A DNA stretch of 62,900 nucleotides, filler included, from Octopus bimaculoides (taxonomy: Eukaryota): the NCBI RefSeq assembly GCF_001194135.2. It is 4 parts of 4 records of this genome, joined end to end, with 100 filler letters (N's around TTAATTAATTAA, not from the genome) between each part and the next. Parts side by side here need not be neighbours in the genome. Positions count along the whole stretch, not along the records: positions 1 to 14,232 come from NC_068987.1; 3 more parts are not named here. One strand, written 5' to 3'. The notes beneath the pieces are model-generated. The model saw nothing but the letters and a program-made list of their open reading frames with translations. It had not been told where the DNA came from and did no database searches. Below, piece after piece: positions 1-11,595 of the stretch (position 1 is its first letter; each line of letters opens with the position of its first letter). A program made the translations under genes and the position numbers.

Positions 1-39
1 AGTTGTAGTGCACCGGAGCATTCATCATCATCATCATCA

Positions 40-640
40 TCATCGTTTAACATCCGCTTTCCATGCTAGCATGGGTTGGATGATTTGACTGAGGACTGGC
101 GAACCAGATGGCTGCACCAGGCTCCAATCTGATCTGGCAAAGTTTCTACAGCTGGATGCCCTTTCTAATGCCAACCACTCTGAGATTGTAGTAGGTGCTT
201 TTACGTGCCACCGGCACAAGGGCCAGTCAGGCGGTACTGGCAACAGCCACGCTCAAAATGGTGTTTTTAACATGCCACCTGCACAGGAGCCAGTCCAGCT
301 CAAATGTTTTTTCACGCGCCACTGGCACAAGTACCAGTAAGGCGATGCTGGTAACGATCACACTCAAATGGTGCTATTTACGTGCCACCAGCACGGAAGC
401 CAGACAGCTGTTCTGGCAATGATCATGCTCGGATGATGCTGTCAGCGCTCCACTGGCACAGATGCCAGTCATCAAATTTGGTTCAATTACGATTTCGATT
501 TCACTTGCCCTAACAGGTCTTCGCAAGCAGAGTTTAGTGTCCAATGAAGGAAAGGTACACATAAGTGGGCTGGCTACATCCCTGGCAAAGGCCACGGACT
601 ATGATCTCACTTGGCTTGCCAGGTCTTCTCATGCACAGCA
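40..640 (-). mobile_element. 3' end (ORF terminus, internally repeated 3'UTR, (GAT)n tail) of an RTE-type LINE
   Basis: Reverse complement of the element at 10424-10906. The minus strand reads the ORF end AVHEKTWQAK*, and (CAT)n at the left end is the tail. Confidence 0.8.
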
Positions 641-642
641 TC

Positions 643-988
643 ATTACCTCCGCCCTAGCGAAGGCAGAGGTATCGTTTGCAGTCATGTTTGTTTGTTTGT
701 TTGTCCGTGGACAAGATATCTCAAGAACTGCTGGATGGATTCGGATGAAACTTTCAGGGATGTTTGGCTTCATGACTGGCACAAACCAATTAGATTTTGG
801 GATCGATCCGGTACCAGACAAGGATTCTGGATTATTTTTCCAGTCTTTTTACTTAATTTTTGAGAGTGATCAGGTTCATTTTTAGTATTCTCGTTTGTGA
901 GAGCAGTCAAATTCATTTTAAAAATCATCTCTGGCTAATCATTGATAGTACATTAGTGTCACCTTGGCAGAGGTTTGCGATCTCTGAG

Positions 989-990
<2 letters not shown>
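643..990 (+). mobile_element. HINE/DINE-1-like Helentron-associated non-autonomous element
   Basis: 5' hairpin TACCTCCGCC...GGCAGAGGTA, a (GTTT)n core, and a 3' partial copy CCTTGGCAGAGGT followed by CTCTGAGTG; this is the typical HINE architecture. Confidence 0.7.
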
Positions 991-1029
<39 letters not shown>

Positions 1030-2394
1030 TTGTTGTTCCTGTCCTCTTTCCTATAATCCACTCATTTCTATATCTATGTTTACTCTTAGTCTGCCTCTGT
1101 ATCTGCCTCATTCTCTTACCATATTTCTTTCACTATCAATGGAGTATTACTCCCACATCTAGACATGATATTCTTACACAAACATCCTGGGCTTCATCTA
1201 GAGAAGGGCCACTTAACTGATGGACATTCAATCACTGATAGACCTGTTTCAGCCTCTAAGCTTATTAATGTGTTCTCTTTCTCTCTCCTCTTTTTGTCTT
1301 TTCTATCACTACCATAGCAGCTTTTATTCCTTCGAGCTGGTCAGTCTCATACCATCTCTACTTACAAACTACTGGCCTACTTTTCTCCCTTCCGCCCTGT
1401 TCAACACTTCAGTTCTACTCTAACTTAAAACCATGTACAAAGAAATTCATGGCACTACGTATCCTGAACAATTCCACCTTTGTTCTCACTGTATATATCA
1501 TCAATTATCATTATAAAATAGCTCTTCTTGTCAGCTCCCCACTAACTATATTAATAAAAGCGAATTTCTGTTTGTCCATTTGGGACCCCTGTATCTCAAT
1601 CTACATTTGTTCTACATAGATATATTGTAGTTTTTTGGAATCAGGATGATCCTGGGATTGAAAATTCGCCCTACATTTGGTTCTTGAAGCTCAAGCATTG
1701 GGATCTGATTTAAAAGCATTTGGGTTGCTATTTTGCCATTTTGATTGGCATTTGCCAGATGACATCAGTGATCAGGGGAGAGATGAATGGCATTGGCTTC
1801 ATTACTTTTACATGGAGATAAAAACTTAGGAACAACTTGACCAACAGCTGAAATTCAACTTGGGACTAGAACAATGGAATGATTGCATTGCAGAATTAAT
1901 TCTCATCCGTCCTTAACCTCTGATCAAACTACTGGGGTATATAGTCATTATAAACATATTATCGTCATGCTATGTAGCTCTCTTTAGTTTGGGACCACAG
2001 GCTCAATTAGCTTTCCGCAGGGGCCAACTTAAAAGTCTTCACAGAGTGCAGCTTTTAAACTAGTTCTTAATTAAAAGAACTAAATCAACCACAGACTTAT
2101 TAAAAAAATAACCTCTAAAATAGGACATTCACTTAGCTCTTTTATTATTATTCTTTCAATTAAATCTAAATTTCAATATTTAAAATGTTTTTTCCAGCTT
2201 CACATGTCAATTCTGTCCACTACTCCCTACTCATTTACCTTTGGCAATACTTTACCTTTCCATTTATATTCTGATCCCTGTACTTTGTGGGTATTCCCTG
2301 GCACTTTGCCACCATCTCTCTTTTTTTTTTTTTTCTATCACCCTTCTCTCTCTTGCACTCTCACACTCTTTTCCACTCTTTCTCCTATTCTTGA

Positions 2395-2398
<4 letters not shown>

Positions 2399-2478
<80 letters not shown>
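2399..2478. repeat. (CT)n microsatellite
   Basis: Directly visible. Confidence 0.95.
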
Positions 2479-2482
<4 letters not shown>

Positions 2483-3099
2483 TAGCTCCTCCACAGCAAG
2501 ACACTTATTTCTGTCCCTCTGTCACAATCCAACCTCTCTTCACCTGGCACAAGGCCACCTTCTCCAATGCCCCCACCCCTCTCAAAGGACCTTTGTCTTG
2601 TGAGTTACTTGGTGGCCATGGCAATGATGGTGCTACATAAAAAGCATTCGGTCCACACTGTAAATTGGTTGTTGTTTAGAAGGTTATCCAGATGTAAAAA
2701 CCATGACAAAACAGGCCTCACCAGTGCTGGTGCCACATAAAAAGCACTGTCCACTCTATAGAGTGGTTAGTGTAGGAAAGGACATCCAGCTGTAAAGATC
2801 ATGCTAAAACAAACAGTGATGCCTGGTGCAGTCTTCTGGCTTGCCAGCTCCTGTCAAACTGTCTAACCCATGCCAGCATGGAAAACAGACGTTAAATGAT
2901 GATGATGAAGATTGTGAACAGTATGCACCCTTGGTAGAGCCCGACACTCCAGTTGAATGGTTTTAATTTAGCACCATTTATCCAAATACAAATACTAGAG
3001 CATTTGTATAAAGACTTCAAGGTAACAAGAAACTGTCCATTGATCCATTATTCCTGCATCCCTTTCCACAACATGTCTTTGAAGGAATATTATTTGAGA

Positions 3100-3415
3100 G
3101 TCATAGCTTGGAGATCAGAAAGACACTTCAAGTAGAGTCATTACTTCTCCAAATTGAGAAATTACAGGTCTGATACTATGGACATGTGGTAGAATGACCC
3201 TGGGAAAAATCACTGAACAGGTTTTACAGGTAAAACCAACCAGCAAGAAACCTAGTGGTCGACCACGAACAAGATGGTTGGATAACATCGATGAGCTTGG
3301 TTGGTCTCACTTGGAGACTCAGCCAGATCAATTGGAGATGGTTGCTTCTGACAGTGCCCAATGGAAGGCATACTTGAAGACTTTGTCTCAATGGCCCTCT
3401 CAGGAATAAGTGGGC
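3100..3415 (+). mobile_element. RTE-type LINE 3' fragment
   Basis: Translation KPTSKKPSGRPRTRWLDNI matches the RTE C-terminal GRPR.RW.D motif. Confidence 0.65.
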
Positions 3416-3929
3416 GAAGATGAGATGAGAATATGTTTTTCTATATTTTATTGTTGGTATTTCATGTATAACTGTTTGTATAAGTTGTTCACGGTTATAC
3501 TATTTATATAATAAGTCTCAATTTTTGTGGATAACTCAAGACTTGACTGTTTGTTAAAAGAGAACATTGACTTCATATATGTGGAAACACTTTGTCAATA
3601 AAAGAAGCTACTTCTCATATTGTGTGTCTGCTTATCAATTCATGTCACTAATAATTGTTGTTGAGAAAGTCTGATCAAGTAAGCCTTTAGCATGAAGATA
3701 TTGAATGAAATGTTTCTATCTTTGAGCATCCTATATTTATTTTAGGTTTCTTTATCTTCGCAGGTCCTCATCATCCTTTAATGTCTGGCTTCCATGCTGT
3801 CATGGGTTGGCTGTTCAACAGGATCTGACCAGTCAGTGGACTACATTATTCTCTACTGTCTACTTTAGCATGGTCTTTACAGCTGGATGCCCTTTGTAAC
3901 AGCAACCACTTTACAAAGTGTACTAGATG

Positions 3930-3967
<38 letters not shown>

Positions 3968-4236
3968 CTTTCTGTGACAAGACCACTAATGATTATTGGT
4001 TCAGATCACATATTTGTGATTTAGAAATTCTGACCACTTGTTCATATACTTTATAACATGGAATTATTGAATGAAATGTTCCTAGCTCTGAATAGCCCAT
4101 CTTTATTTGAAGCATTTTGCTTCCTCTTATTCATCATCATCATTTAATATCTGGTTTCTGTACTGACATAAGTTGGACAGTTCAACAGGATCTAAGTAAT
4201 CAGAGGGCTGCATTTTATCCCAATATCTACTTTGTT

Positions 4237-5520
4237 ATGGTTTCTGTAGCTGGAACCCTTCCTAATTTTTATTTTTTATTTGCCAACTATTTATTTATGT
4301 TTGTAACTGCTGTAAAGATAATTATTTTTGCCTTTTTATTTTCAGTGTTTGCTCACACCAATGCAGATGGTGATACTGATGCAGTTCCTCTTGATACCTT
4401 TGTCACGTCACGTCCTAGGGACCCACACTCTGCTGTACCTGAAAAATTTTACAACGCTCCACAAAATTGTAATCCACATCCATACATGTATCTTATTAAC
4501 CCTTCTACATTGTGTGTCCATAAAGATGAGGTATTCCTCTTAATTCTTGTTCGCACAATTTTTTCACAATTTGAGCGTCGGATGGCAATTCGAGAGACGT
4601 GGGGAGACAAGAAAAATTTCCGCAATGTCAGTGTGGTAATAGCTTTCCTCTTTGGTAGAGACCAAGACCTTCATTTACAACCATCTATTCATCGTGAAAG
4701 TGAAATTTATAATGATATCATCCAGGAAGATTTTATTGATTCGTATGGCAATTTAACCCTCAAAACTGTTATGGCCTGGAAGTGGGCAAGGCTCTATTGT
4801 CTACATGCCACTTTTGTCATGGTGATGAATGATGAGATGTTTGTGGATATTTTCAAGTTGATTCCTTACTTACGTCAGATATCTCTGAAATCTGAATATG
4901 TTGACCATTTTGCCTTGTGTTACTTCTTCCCTTGTTGTGACTTAGTGTATCGCAGGGGTAAATATGCTGCCACTAACTACACCAGTACAGCATATCCGGA
5001 GTACTGTTCGGGTGTCGCCTATGCAGCATCTATGAAAGTCATCAATCAACTTTATCTCATGTCTATTGACACACCAATGTTCATGCCAGATGATGCTTGG
5101 GCAGGGGTCCTTGCTGAGAAACTTCGTCTGAAATTCATTGACACTGATTATGTTTTTGAGGGTATTTCTGTCAAAAATGGCATACTGAAGAAGTTTATGA
5201 ATCCTGACTATCTTGGCAGTGCAACTATGATTGCAGTGTTGGACTATGTATTTCCTAACCAAGAAGCTGTCATCATTCGTCACTTGTGGCGTATTGTTCT
5301 TGATCATCACCGGAAGTCTTTCTTACGTAATCAAGTGGCAGTTAAAAAGATGAATTTAAATACTGACTGGGAGATACTTGAAACAAACAATGTTTTTTAT
5401 TTGGTTGCTTATATGATGTTTGTTGATGTGTTTGTTGTTGGGATCATTTTATGCTTATTGTTTTATCGAAGAAAAATCAAATTAGGCTGCAAAGCATCAT
5501 ACCAATGTCTGAATTACTGA
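4237..5520 (+). CDS. GT31-family (beta-1,3-galactosyltransferase/B3GNT-like) glycosyltransferase, main coding exon; true 5' boundary uncertain (ATG 4237, ATG 4297 or splice acceptor at 4345/4346)
   Basis: Long open frame containing the GT31 motifs LLILVRT..RRMAIRETWG, FLFG, ESEIYNDIIQEDFIDSYGNLTLKTVMAWKW, VMVMNDEMFVD (DxD position), YPEYCSGVAY and PDDAWAG. Stop TGA at 5518-5520. A polypyrimidine tract with TTTCAG ending at 4345 suggests the exon may begin at 4346 in phase 1. Confidence 0.9.
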   Translation: MVSVAGTLPNFYFLFANYLFMFVTAVKIIIFAFLFSVFAHTNADGDTDAVPLDTFVTSRPRDPHSAVPEKFYNAPQNCNPHPYMYLINPSTLCVHKDEVFLLILVRTIFSQFERRMAIRETWGDKKNFRNVSVVIAFLFGRDQDLHLQPSIHRESEIYNDIIQEDFIDSYGNLTLKTVMAWKWARLYCLHATFVMVMNDEMFVDIFKLIPYLRQISLKSEYVDHFALCYFFPCCDLVYRRGKYAATNYTSTAYPEYCSGVAYAASMKVINQLYLMSIDTPMFMPDDAWAGVLAEKLRLKFIDTDYVFEGISVKNGILKKFMNPDYLGSATMIAVLDYVFPNQEAVIIRHLWRIVLDHHRKSFLRNQVAVKKMNLNTDWEILETNNVFYLVAYMMFVDVFVVGIILCLLFYRRKIKLGCKASYQCLNY

Positions 5521-6195
5521 CAGTTTCTTTATAAATCCTTCCACTCTCTACAGAAGTTCCATAAAACAACCAAGAAGTTTTGTACTTCAATATATTATGG
5601 GTGTACTATATTTTAAGTCAATGTAATATATAGTGTAAACATGTAGTGTAAACAATCAAACGTCTTCACTATCTTTTCAAATATTGCTGCATTTCACATG
5701 GAATTTTTGGTTCTCCAGAGATATCTTGGTGTATAAGTTGACTTAACCTTTTTTGGCTGTAAACTTAAATCTGAAAGATTCAACTTGTATGCTGGAAAAT
5801 ACAGTAGGTGTTTTGAGAGAAAAAAAAAGGACTAAAAAGAGATGCAAATGTTTAATACTTTTTTCTATTTTTATTAAGAACACATTCTAAAAATATGTGG
5901 AGTAATTTATTTTTTCATGCTTGATAGCTGTTTAGTAAGGCATAATATTTGTAATTCTTTTGTCTCATTTCACCTTATTCAACTTGACATCATTTTCTAT
6001 CATTCTAGGGCAAGAGTTGAAGGAAAGTTCCTTGAATATTTAGGCCATAAACTGGCTTAATCATAGAATCCAACAATCTGATATGGTCCGATTCCAAAAA
6101 GCTGGCAGACCATATTTACATATACATACATATAGATATACATACATTCACACAAGTAATACATACATATGTACGTGCATACTCACACACACACA

Positions 6196-6415
6196 CAAAG
6201 TGTGCTGAAAAGTTTCAGTCTTTGGGTAAAAGAAAATACAGGAGGATCAGCTAATTATTAGTTATTTATTCACCATATTCCCCTCTCAGATTCACACACT
6301 TATTGCAGAGGTCCTTCAGTTTTTCTAAGCCCCTGTAAAAGAACTTGGAAGGCTGGGCCTCCAACCAGGCCTTTCACAATATCCTTAAAGCCAGGAACTT
6401 TTCAGCACCCCCTTG
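6196..6415. mobile_element. Tc1/mariner-type MITE
   Basis: Imperfect TIRs GTGTGCTGAAAAGTTTCAGTCTTT and AAAGCCAGGAACTTTTCAGCACCC; a second family member lies at 55.7-55.9 kb. Confidence 0.75.
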
Positions 6416-6419
6416 TGTG

Positions 6420-6465
<46 letters not shown>

Positions 6466-7699
6466 TTTGTCACTTCATAAAAAAAATGTACCCTGTCCAT
6501 TTAATTGCACAGTTCACTTGAATATTTCAGATTGTTGAAATGATGACTAACTTCCCCATGTACGTGTGTTTATGTACATATATATCACATCCAGTTGGAT
6601 CCCATTCATCTGTCTTCTCCTTACTTCCTTGTACCCCTATCATCATCTCTACATCACAGTTTTCTTTTAAAATTGTGTGTGCATATGCATCTGTATATCT
6701 ATCTATTTCTCACTCCTCTTTCTCTCTCTCCCCTCATATATATAACACAAATTTTAATTCCTACAATCTTATCTCTTCCCTTACATTGCTAATGCTTTTC
6801 AGGAAACCATGGACATCACACAGTCTCATTTCAGTTCTCATACAGAGCTAAACTCTTATCTCATTTAAAATATAAATTTTTCATATTTTATTTTCCTTCA
6901 CTGTTCATTATGAATATTTGTATCATATTTTTGCAGTTTTTGTATTTAAATTTTAAAATATTGACCTTAATTTTTAAATCCTAGCACTTTACATATATTT
7001 ATATGTGTCTGTGTATGTATGTATATATGTGTATATATATATATGTGAGTGTGTACATATAAGCATACATACATATGTGTATGTTTTTATATGTTCATAT
7101 CTATAATATATAGATATGTATACACACACACACTCACACATTTATAGACATATATACTTATATATACACACATATATACAAATACACACACACACACACA
7201 TATATATACACATAAATACATACACACATGGACATACATATGTGCACACACACAACAGATGCACATGCATATACATTTGTTTCACCTGAACAAATGTATC
7301 CGTAAATCATCAGCTTCAAGTGACACACACACACACACATATATTTCTTCACTCACTCTACCAAGTTTTCTATTCTACATTTGTTGTCATAATGCCAACC
7401 CAGGCTTTACGCTTAACAGGAAAATACCTTCCATAACCAAACATGGCATCATGGCATAATATCTTCTCTCTGTACACATCAAATCTCTTGTGTGTGACTA
7501 AAGAAGTAAATGATAGCTTTATTGGAATTGTGTCTCCAGTTTGTGGCATTGTTAGCTGCTGCATTTGTCACTTCATTAAAAAAAAAAATGTACCATGTCC
7601 ATTTAATTACACAGTTCAATTAAATATTTCAAATTGTTAAAATAATGACTACCTCCCCCATGTAATAGCATTCTTAAAATTTTATTACTAATGTTATTG

Positions 7700-7743
<44 letters not shown>

Positions 7744-7759
7744 ATATTTTTGGCTCTTT

Positions 7760-8097
7760 ATGTTTAAATTCTGGTGAAGTTAATTTTACCTTTCATCCTT
7801 TGGAGGGTTGATAAATTAAGTATCAGTCAAGCGTTGTGGTCAGTGTAATTGCCTTACCTACTCCCCTCAAAATTTCAGATCTTGTGTCTGTACTATAAAC
7901 AGTTATTGGTATTAAGGTGGAAAGCTGGCAGAATCATTAACATGCTATACAAAATGCTTAACAGTATTTCGTTTGTCGTCATGTTCTGAGTTCAAATTCC
8001 ACCAAGGTTGACTTTGCCATTCATTTGTTCAGGGTCAATATAAGTACCAGTTGAGTACTCGTGTTTGGGGTTTGTACCTATAATAGAAAGGATGATG

Positions 8098-8168
<71 letters not shown>

Positions 8169-8700
8169 GGCAGGAAGCTGGCAGAATTGTGAGCACACTG
8201 AGTAGAAGTCTTTGCAGCATTTCACCCATCTTTACATTCTAAGTTCAAATCTGCTGGGGTCAACTTATCCTTTCATTCTTTTGGAATCGATAAAATAAGT
8301 ACTAGTTGAGGACTGGAGTTGATGGAATTGACTTAACCAAAATTGCTGGCTTTGTGCTAAAATTTGAAATCATTATTATTATTGTTATTATTATTAATCC
8401 AAGGTCGACTTTGCTTTTCATCCTTTCGGGGTTGATAAATTAAGTACCAGTCAAGTACTGGGGTCGATGTGATAAATTTACCCCCTTCCCCAAAATTTCA
8501 GGTCCTATGTCTACAGTAGAAAGGATTATTATTAATATTAAGACAGCAAGCTGGCAGAATCGTTAGAATGCCAAGCAGAATGCTTAGTGGCATTTTGTCC
8601 ATTTTTATGTTCTAAGTTCAAATTTCACAGAGGTTGACTTTGCCTTTTATCCTTTTGGGGTCAATCGACTTATTCCCTCCCTGCATAGTAGAAAGGATTA
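7760..8700 (+). mobile_element. Head-to-tail cluster of about 5 tRNA-derived SINE copies separated by (ATT)n tails
   Basis: Repeated head AGCTGGCAGAAT..TTAGC, B-box-like GAGTTCAAATTCC, core GCCTTTCATCCTTT..GGTCGATAAATTAAGTACCAG and tail AGTAGAAAGGATTATT. Confidence 0.85.
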
Positions 8701-10140
8701 TTATTATTTTATGTTTGGCTTTTGCTTTGTATTTGTACAAGTTGAATCCAAGTTTCACCCAGAGACCTCAAGAAACAACAAGTTAGAAGTTCCAAGTTCG
8801 TGTTACAACTAGGGTGCCATATTTTAGGTTCTGCACAAAGTATTATTTGAATTTGGTTTTGCATGGAAGTTTTGTTCTAGAGAATATCTGTTAAAACATA
8901 AGCAAATTAGAAGTTTGTTTTAAAAGAAATTTGATTATAAGATGATAGTCTGATGTTAAGATGACAGTAAAAAGTGTTTGCTGTTACGTACATTAAAAGT
9001 ATTTTGACACTGTTTATGGATTAAAATATTTTGGGGATTACATAAACAATATTTTACAAGGCGGTGAGCTGGCAGAAACGTTAGCATGCCAGGCAAAATG
9101 CTTAGCAGTATTTCGTCTGTCTTTACATTCTGAGTTCAAATTCCGCTGAGTTTGATTTTGCCTTTCATCTTTTCAGGGTCGATAAATTAAGTACCAGTTA
9201 CATACTGGAGTCGATCTAATCAACTGGCCCCCTCCCCAAAAATTTTGGGCTTTGTGCCTAGAGTAGAAAAGAATATTTTACATAGGATATGGGCAGTTCC
9301 TATGAGCACTATTTTTTTAATTTCTTCCATTTTGGGATTTCCTGGTATATGAGCTAGGTAGCAATCAGCCCCTTTTGCTATCATTCCTAGGGCACCTATG
9401 ACAACAGGTATTGTTTTAGTCTTGAGGTTCCACATTTTGCCAATTTCTATTTCAAGACCTTTATTCTTGCTCAGTTTTTGGTAGGTCTTGACAGATACAT
9501 TTATGTTGATTGGGACAGTCATATCAAGAAGAGGGATGATTTTTGTCTGAAATCCTTCGATATGTCTGCCCTATTTGATCTATCTTTCTGTCAGTTTGAA
9601 CAGGGAAGTTCCAAAAGTGTGAGATGTGGTCATTTTCAAGCATTGGTGGTGGTTTGTGTTCCCACCAGTTTTTATCATGGTGCAGGTCCAAGTCTTTCCA
9701 AATTACCCAGTGAATATACTGCACTGCTCTACCATGCCTATTGAGATAATCTTTAGTATGATGTTCTCTTGTTTTTGTGCTTTAAGACAAGTTTTTAACA
9801 TCCACTCATCAGAGTTTTACAGGTAGGTGTTTAGGCCAATTGTGGCAATCTTCATTGTTAATTCCAGTTGTAAAAGTGCACAGCCACCCTCTTTTCTTGA
9901 CAGGTAAAGTCGTTCTATATCTGCCCTAGGGTGGTGCATTCCATGCATTGTCAACAATTTTCATATTTTGCTGTCAAGATTACATATTTCAGTAATTGAC
10001 CAGTAAATAATATTGAAGCTGTTAGTCACGACTGATATGGTTAAAGTGTTGATCTTTTCGATCCTGTTTCTTGCATTCAGCTCTGTCTTGAGTATTGCCC
10101 TTAACCTGCAATAATATTCTTTACTGATCTTTTCCCTCAT
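8700..10140 (-). mobile_element. Dong/R4-clade (restriction-like endonuclease) LINE remnant, interrupted by a SINE
   Basis: Minus-strand translations YYCRLRAILKTELNARNRI..INTL and LEIEIGKMWNLKTKTIPVVIGALG...GTAHIL; 3'UTR and (AAT)n tail toward 8700. Confidence 0.8.
9059..9271 (+). mobile_element. tRNA-derived SINE with 11-bp target-site duplication
   Basis: Full copy flanked by AATATTTTACA at 9048-9058 and 9272-9282. Confidence 0.88.
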
Positions 10141-10183
10141 CATCAGTATTATTGTTATTATTATCATTGTTGTTGTTGTTGTT

Positions 10184-10400
10184 GAGGTGGTGAGCTAGCT
10201 GAATCGTTAGCATGCCGGGCGAAATGCTTAGCAGTATTTTGTCTGCTGCTACGATGTGAGTTCAAATTCCACTGAGGTCAACTTTGCTTTTCATCCTTTC
10301 AGGATTGATGAAATAAGTACCAGTTACGTACTGGCGTCGAAGTAATCAGCTATCCCCTCCCCCAAATTTTCAGGCCTTGTGCCTACAATAGAAAGGAATA
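10184..10400 (+). mobile_element. tRNA-derived SINE
   Basis: Same head, core and tail as 9059-9271. Confidence 0.85.
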
Positions 10401-10423
10401 TTAATTTTATTATTATTGAGGCA

Positions 10424-10906
10424 AGACCTTCGTACATTGGGCCTCACCGAGGCGATGACTACGGACCGAGACCTTTGGAAATGGGCTGTGCGTGAGAAGA
10501 CCCGGCAAGCCAAGTAAGATCGTTGCCAGTGCCCCTGGACTGGTTCTTGTGCGGGTGGCACATGAGATGCACCATTTTGAGCGTGGCCGTCGCCAGTACC
10601 GCCTGACTGGCTCCTGTAGGATTTTCGAGCGAGATCGTTGCCAGTGCCCCTGGACTGGCTTGTGCGGGTGGCACATAAAAGACACCATTTCGAGCGTGGC
10701 CGTTTTCGTGCGGGTGACACGTAAAAGCACCCACTACACTCTCTGAGTGGTTGGCGTTAGGAAGGGCATCCAGCTGTAGAAACTCTGCCAAATCAGACTG
10801 GAGCCTGGTGTTGCCATCCGGTTTCACCAGTCCTCAGTCAAATCGTCCAACCCATGCTAGCATGGAAAGCGGACGTTAAACGATGATGATGATGATGATG
10901 ATGATC
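10424..10906 (+). mobile_element. Young 5'-truncated RTE-type LINE 3' end
   Basis: ORF end DLRTLGLTEAMTTDRDLWKWAVREKTRQAK*, tandemly repeated 3'UTR blocks with intact CpGs, and a (GAT)n tail. Confidence 0.8.
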
Positions 10907-10929
10907 ATCATTGTTATTATTGTTGTTGT

Positions 10930-11595
10930 TAAGGTGGCAAGCTGGCAGAATTGTTAGTACATTAGGAAAAATGCTTAATGGCATTTCATCCATCGTTACA
11001 TTCTCAGTTCAAATTCCACCAAGGTTGACTTTGCCTTTCATCCTTTCAGGGTTGATAAATTAAGTACTAGTGAAGCACTTGGATCAATGTAATCAACTGG
11101 TCTACTCCCACAAAATGTCAGGTTTTGTGCCCATAGTAGAAAGGATTGTTATTATTATTAAGGCAGTGAGTGAGCTGGAAGAATCATTAGCACACCAGAC
11201 AAAATGCTTAGCAGCATTTCATCCATCTTTACATTCTGAATTCAAATTCTACCATGGTCGACTTTGCCTTTCATCCTTTCAGGGTTGATAGATTAAGCAC
11301 TAGGGTCAGTGTAATCAACTGGTCCTCTCCCCCAATATTTCAGGCCTTGTGCCTTTAGTAGAAAGGATTATTATTATTATTATCATCATATGGGCATTAA
11401 AAGCAGTGAGCTGGTAGAATTGTTAGAGCATTAGACAAAATAACTGACAGTATTTCTTAGTTCAAATTCCACCTATGTCAACCTTGCCTTTCATCCCTCC
11501 AATAAATCAACTACCAGTCAAGTACTGGGATTGATAATGTCGACTATCCTCTACCCATCAAATTGCTGGCATTGTGCCTAAATCAGAAACCATTA
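10930..11595 (+). mobile_element. Three tandem tRNA-derived SINE copies
   Basis: Same family as 9059-9271, starting at about 10930, 11160 and 11400. Confidence 0.85.

Noticed and set aside
4117-4236. TTG-initiated N-terminal extension of the GT31 ORF
   Set aside because: Non-ATG start lying in a decayed LINE tail; most likely chance read-through of intronic or UTR sequence.
9059-9140. tRNA-like A/B boxes (many copies)
   Set aside because: These are SINE heads; no complete cloverleaf tRNA gene could be supported.
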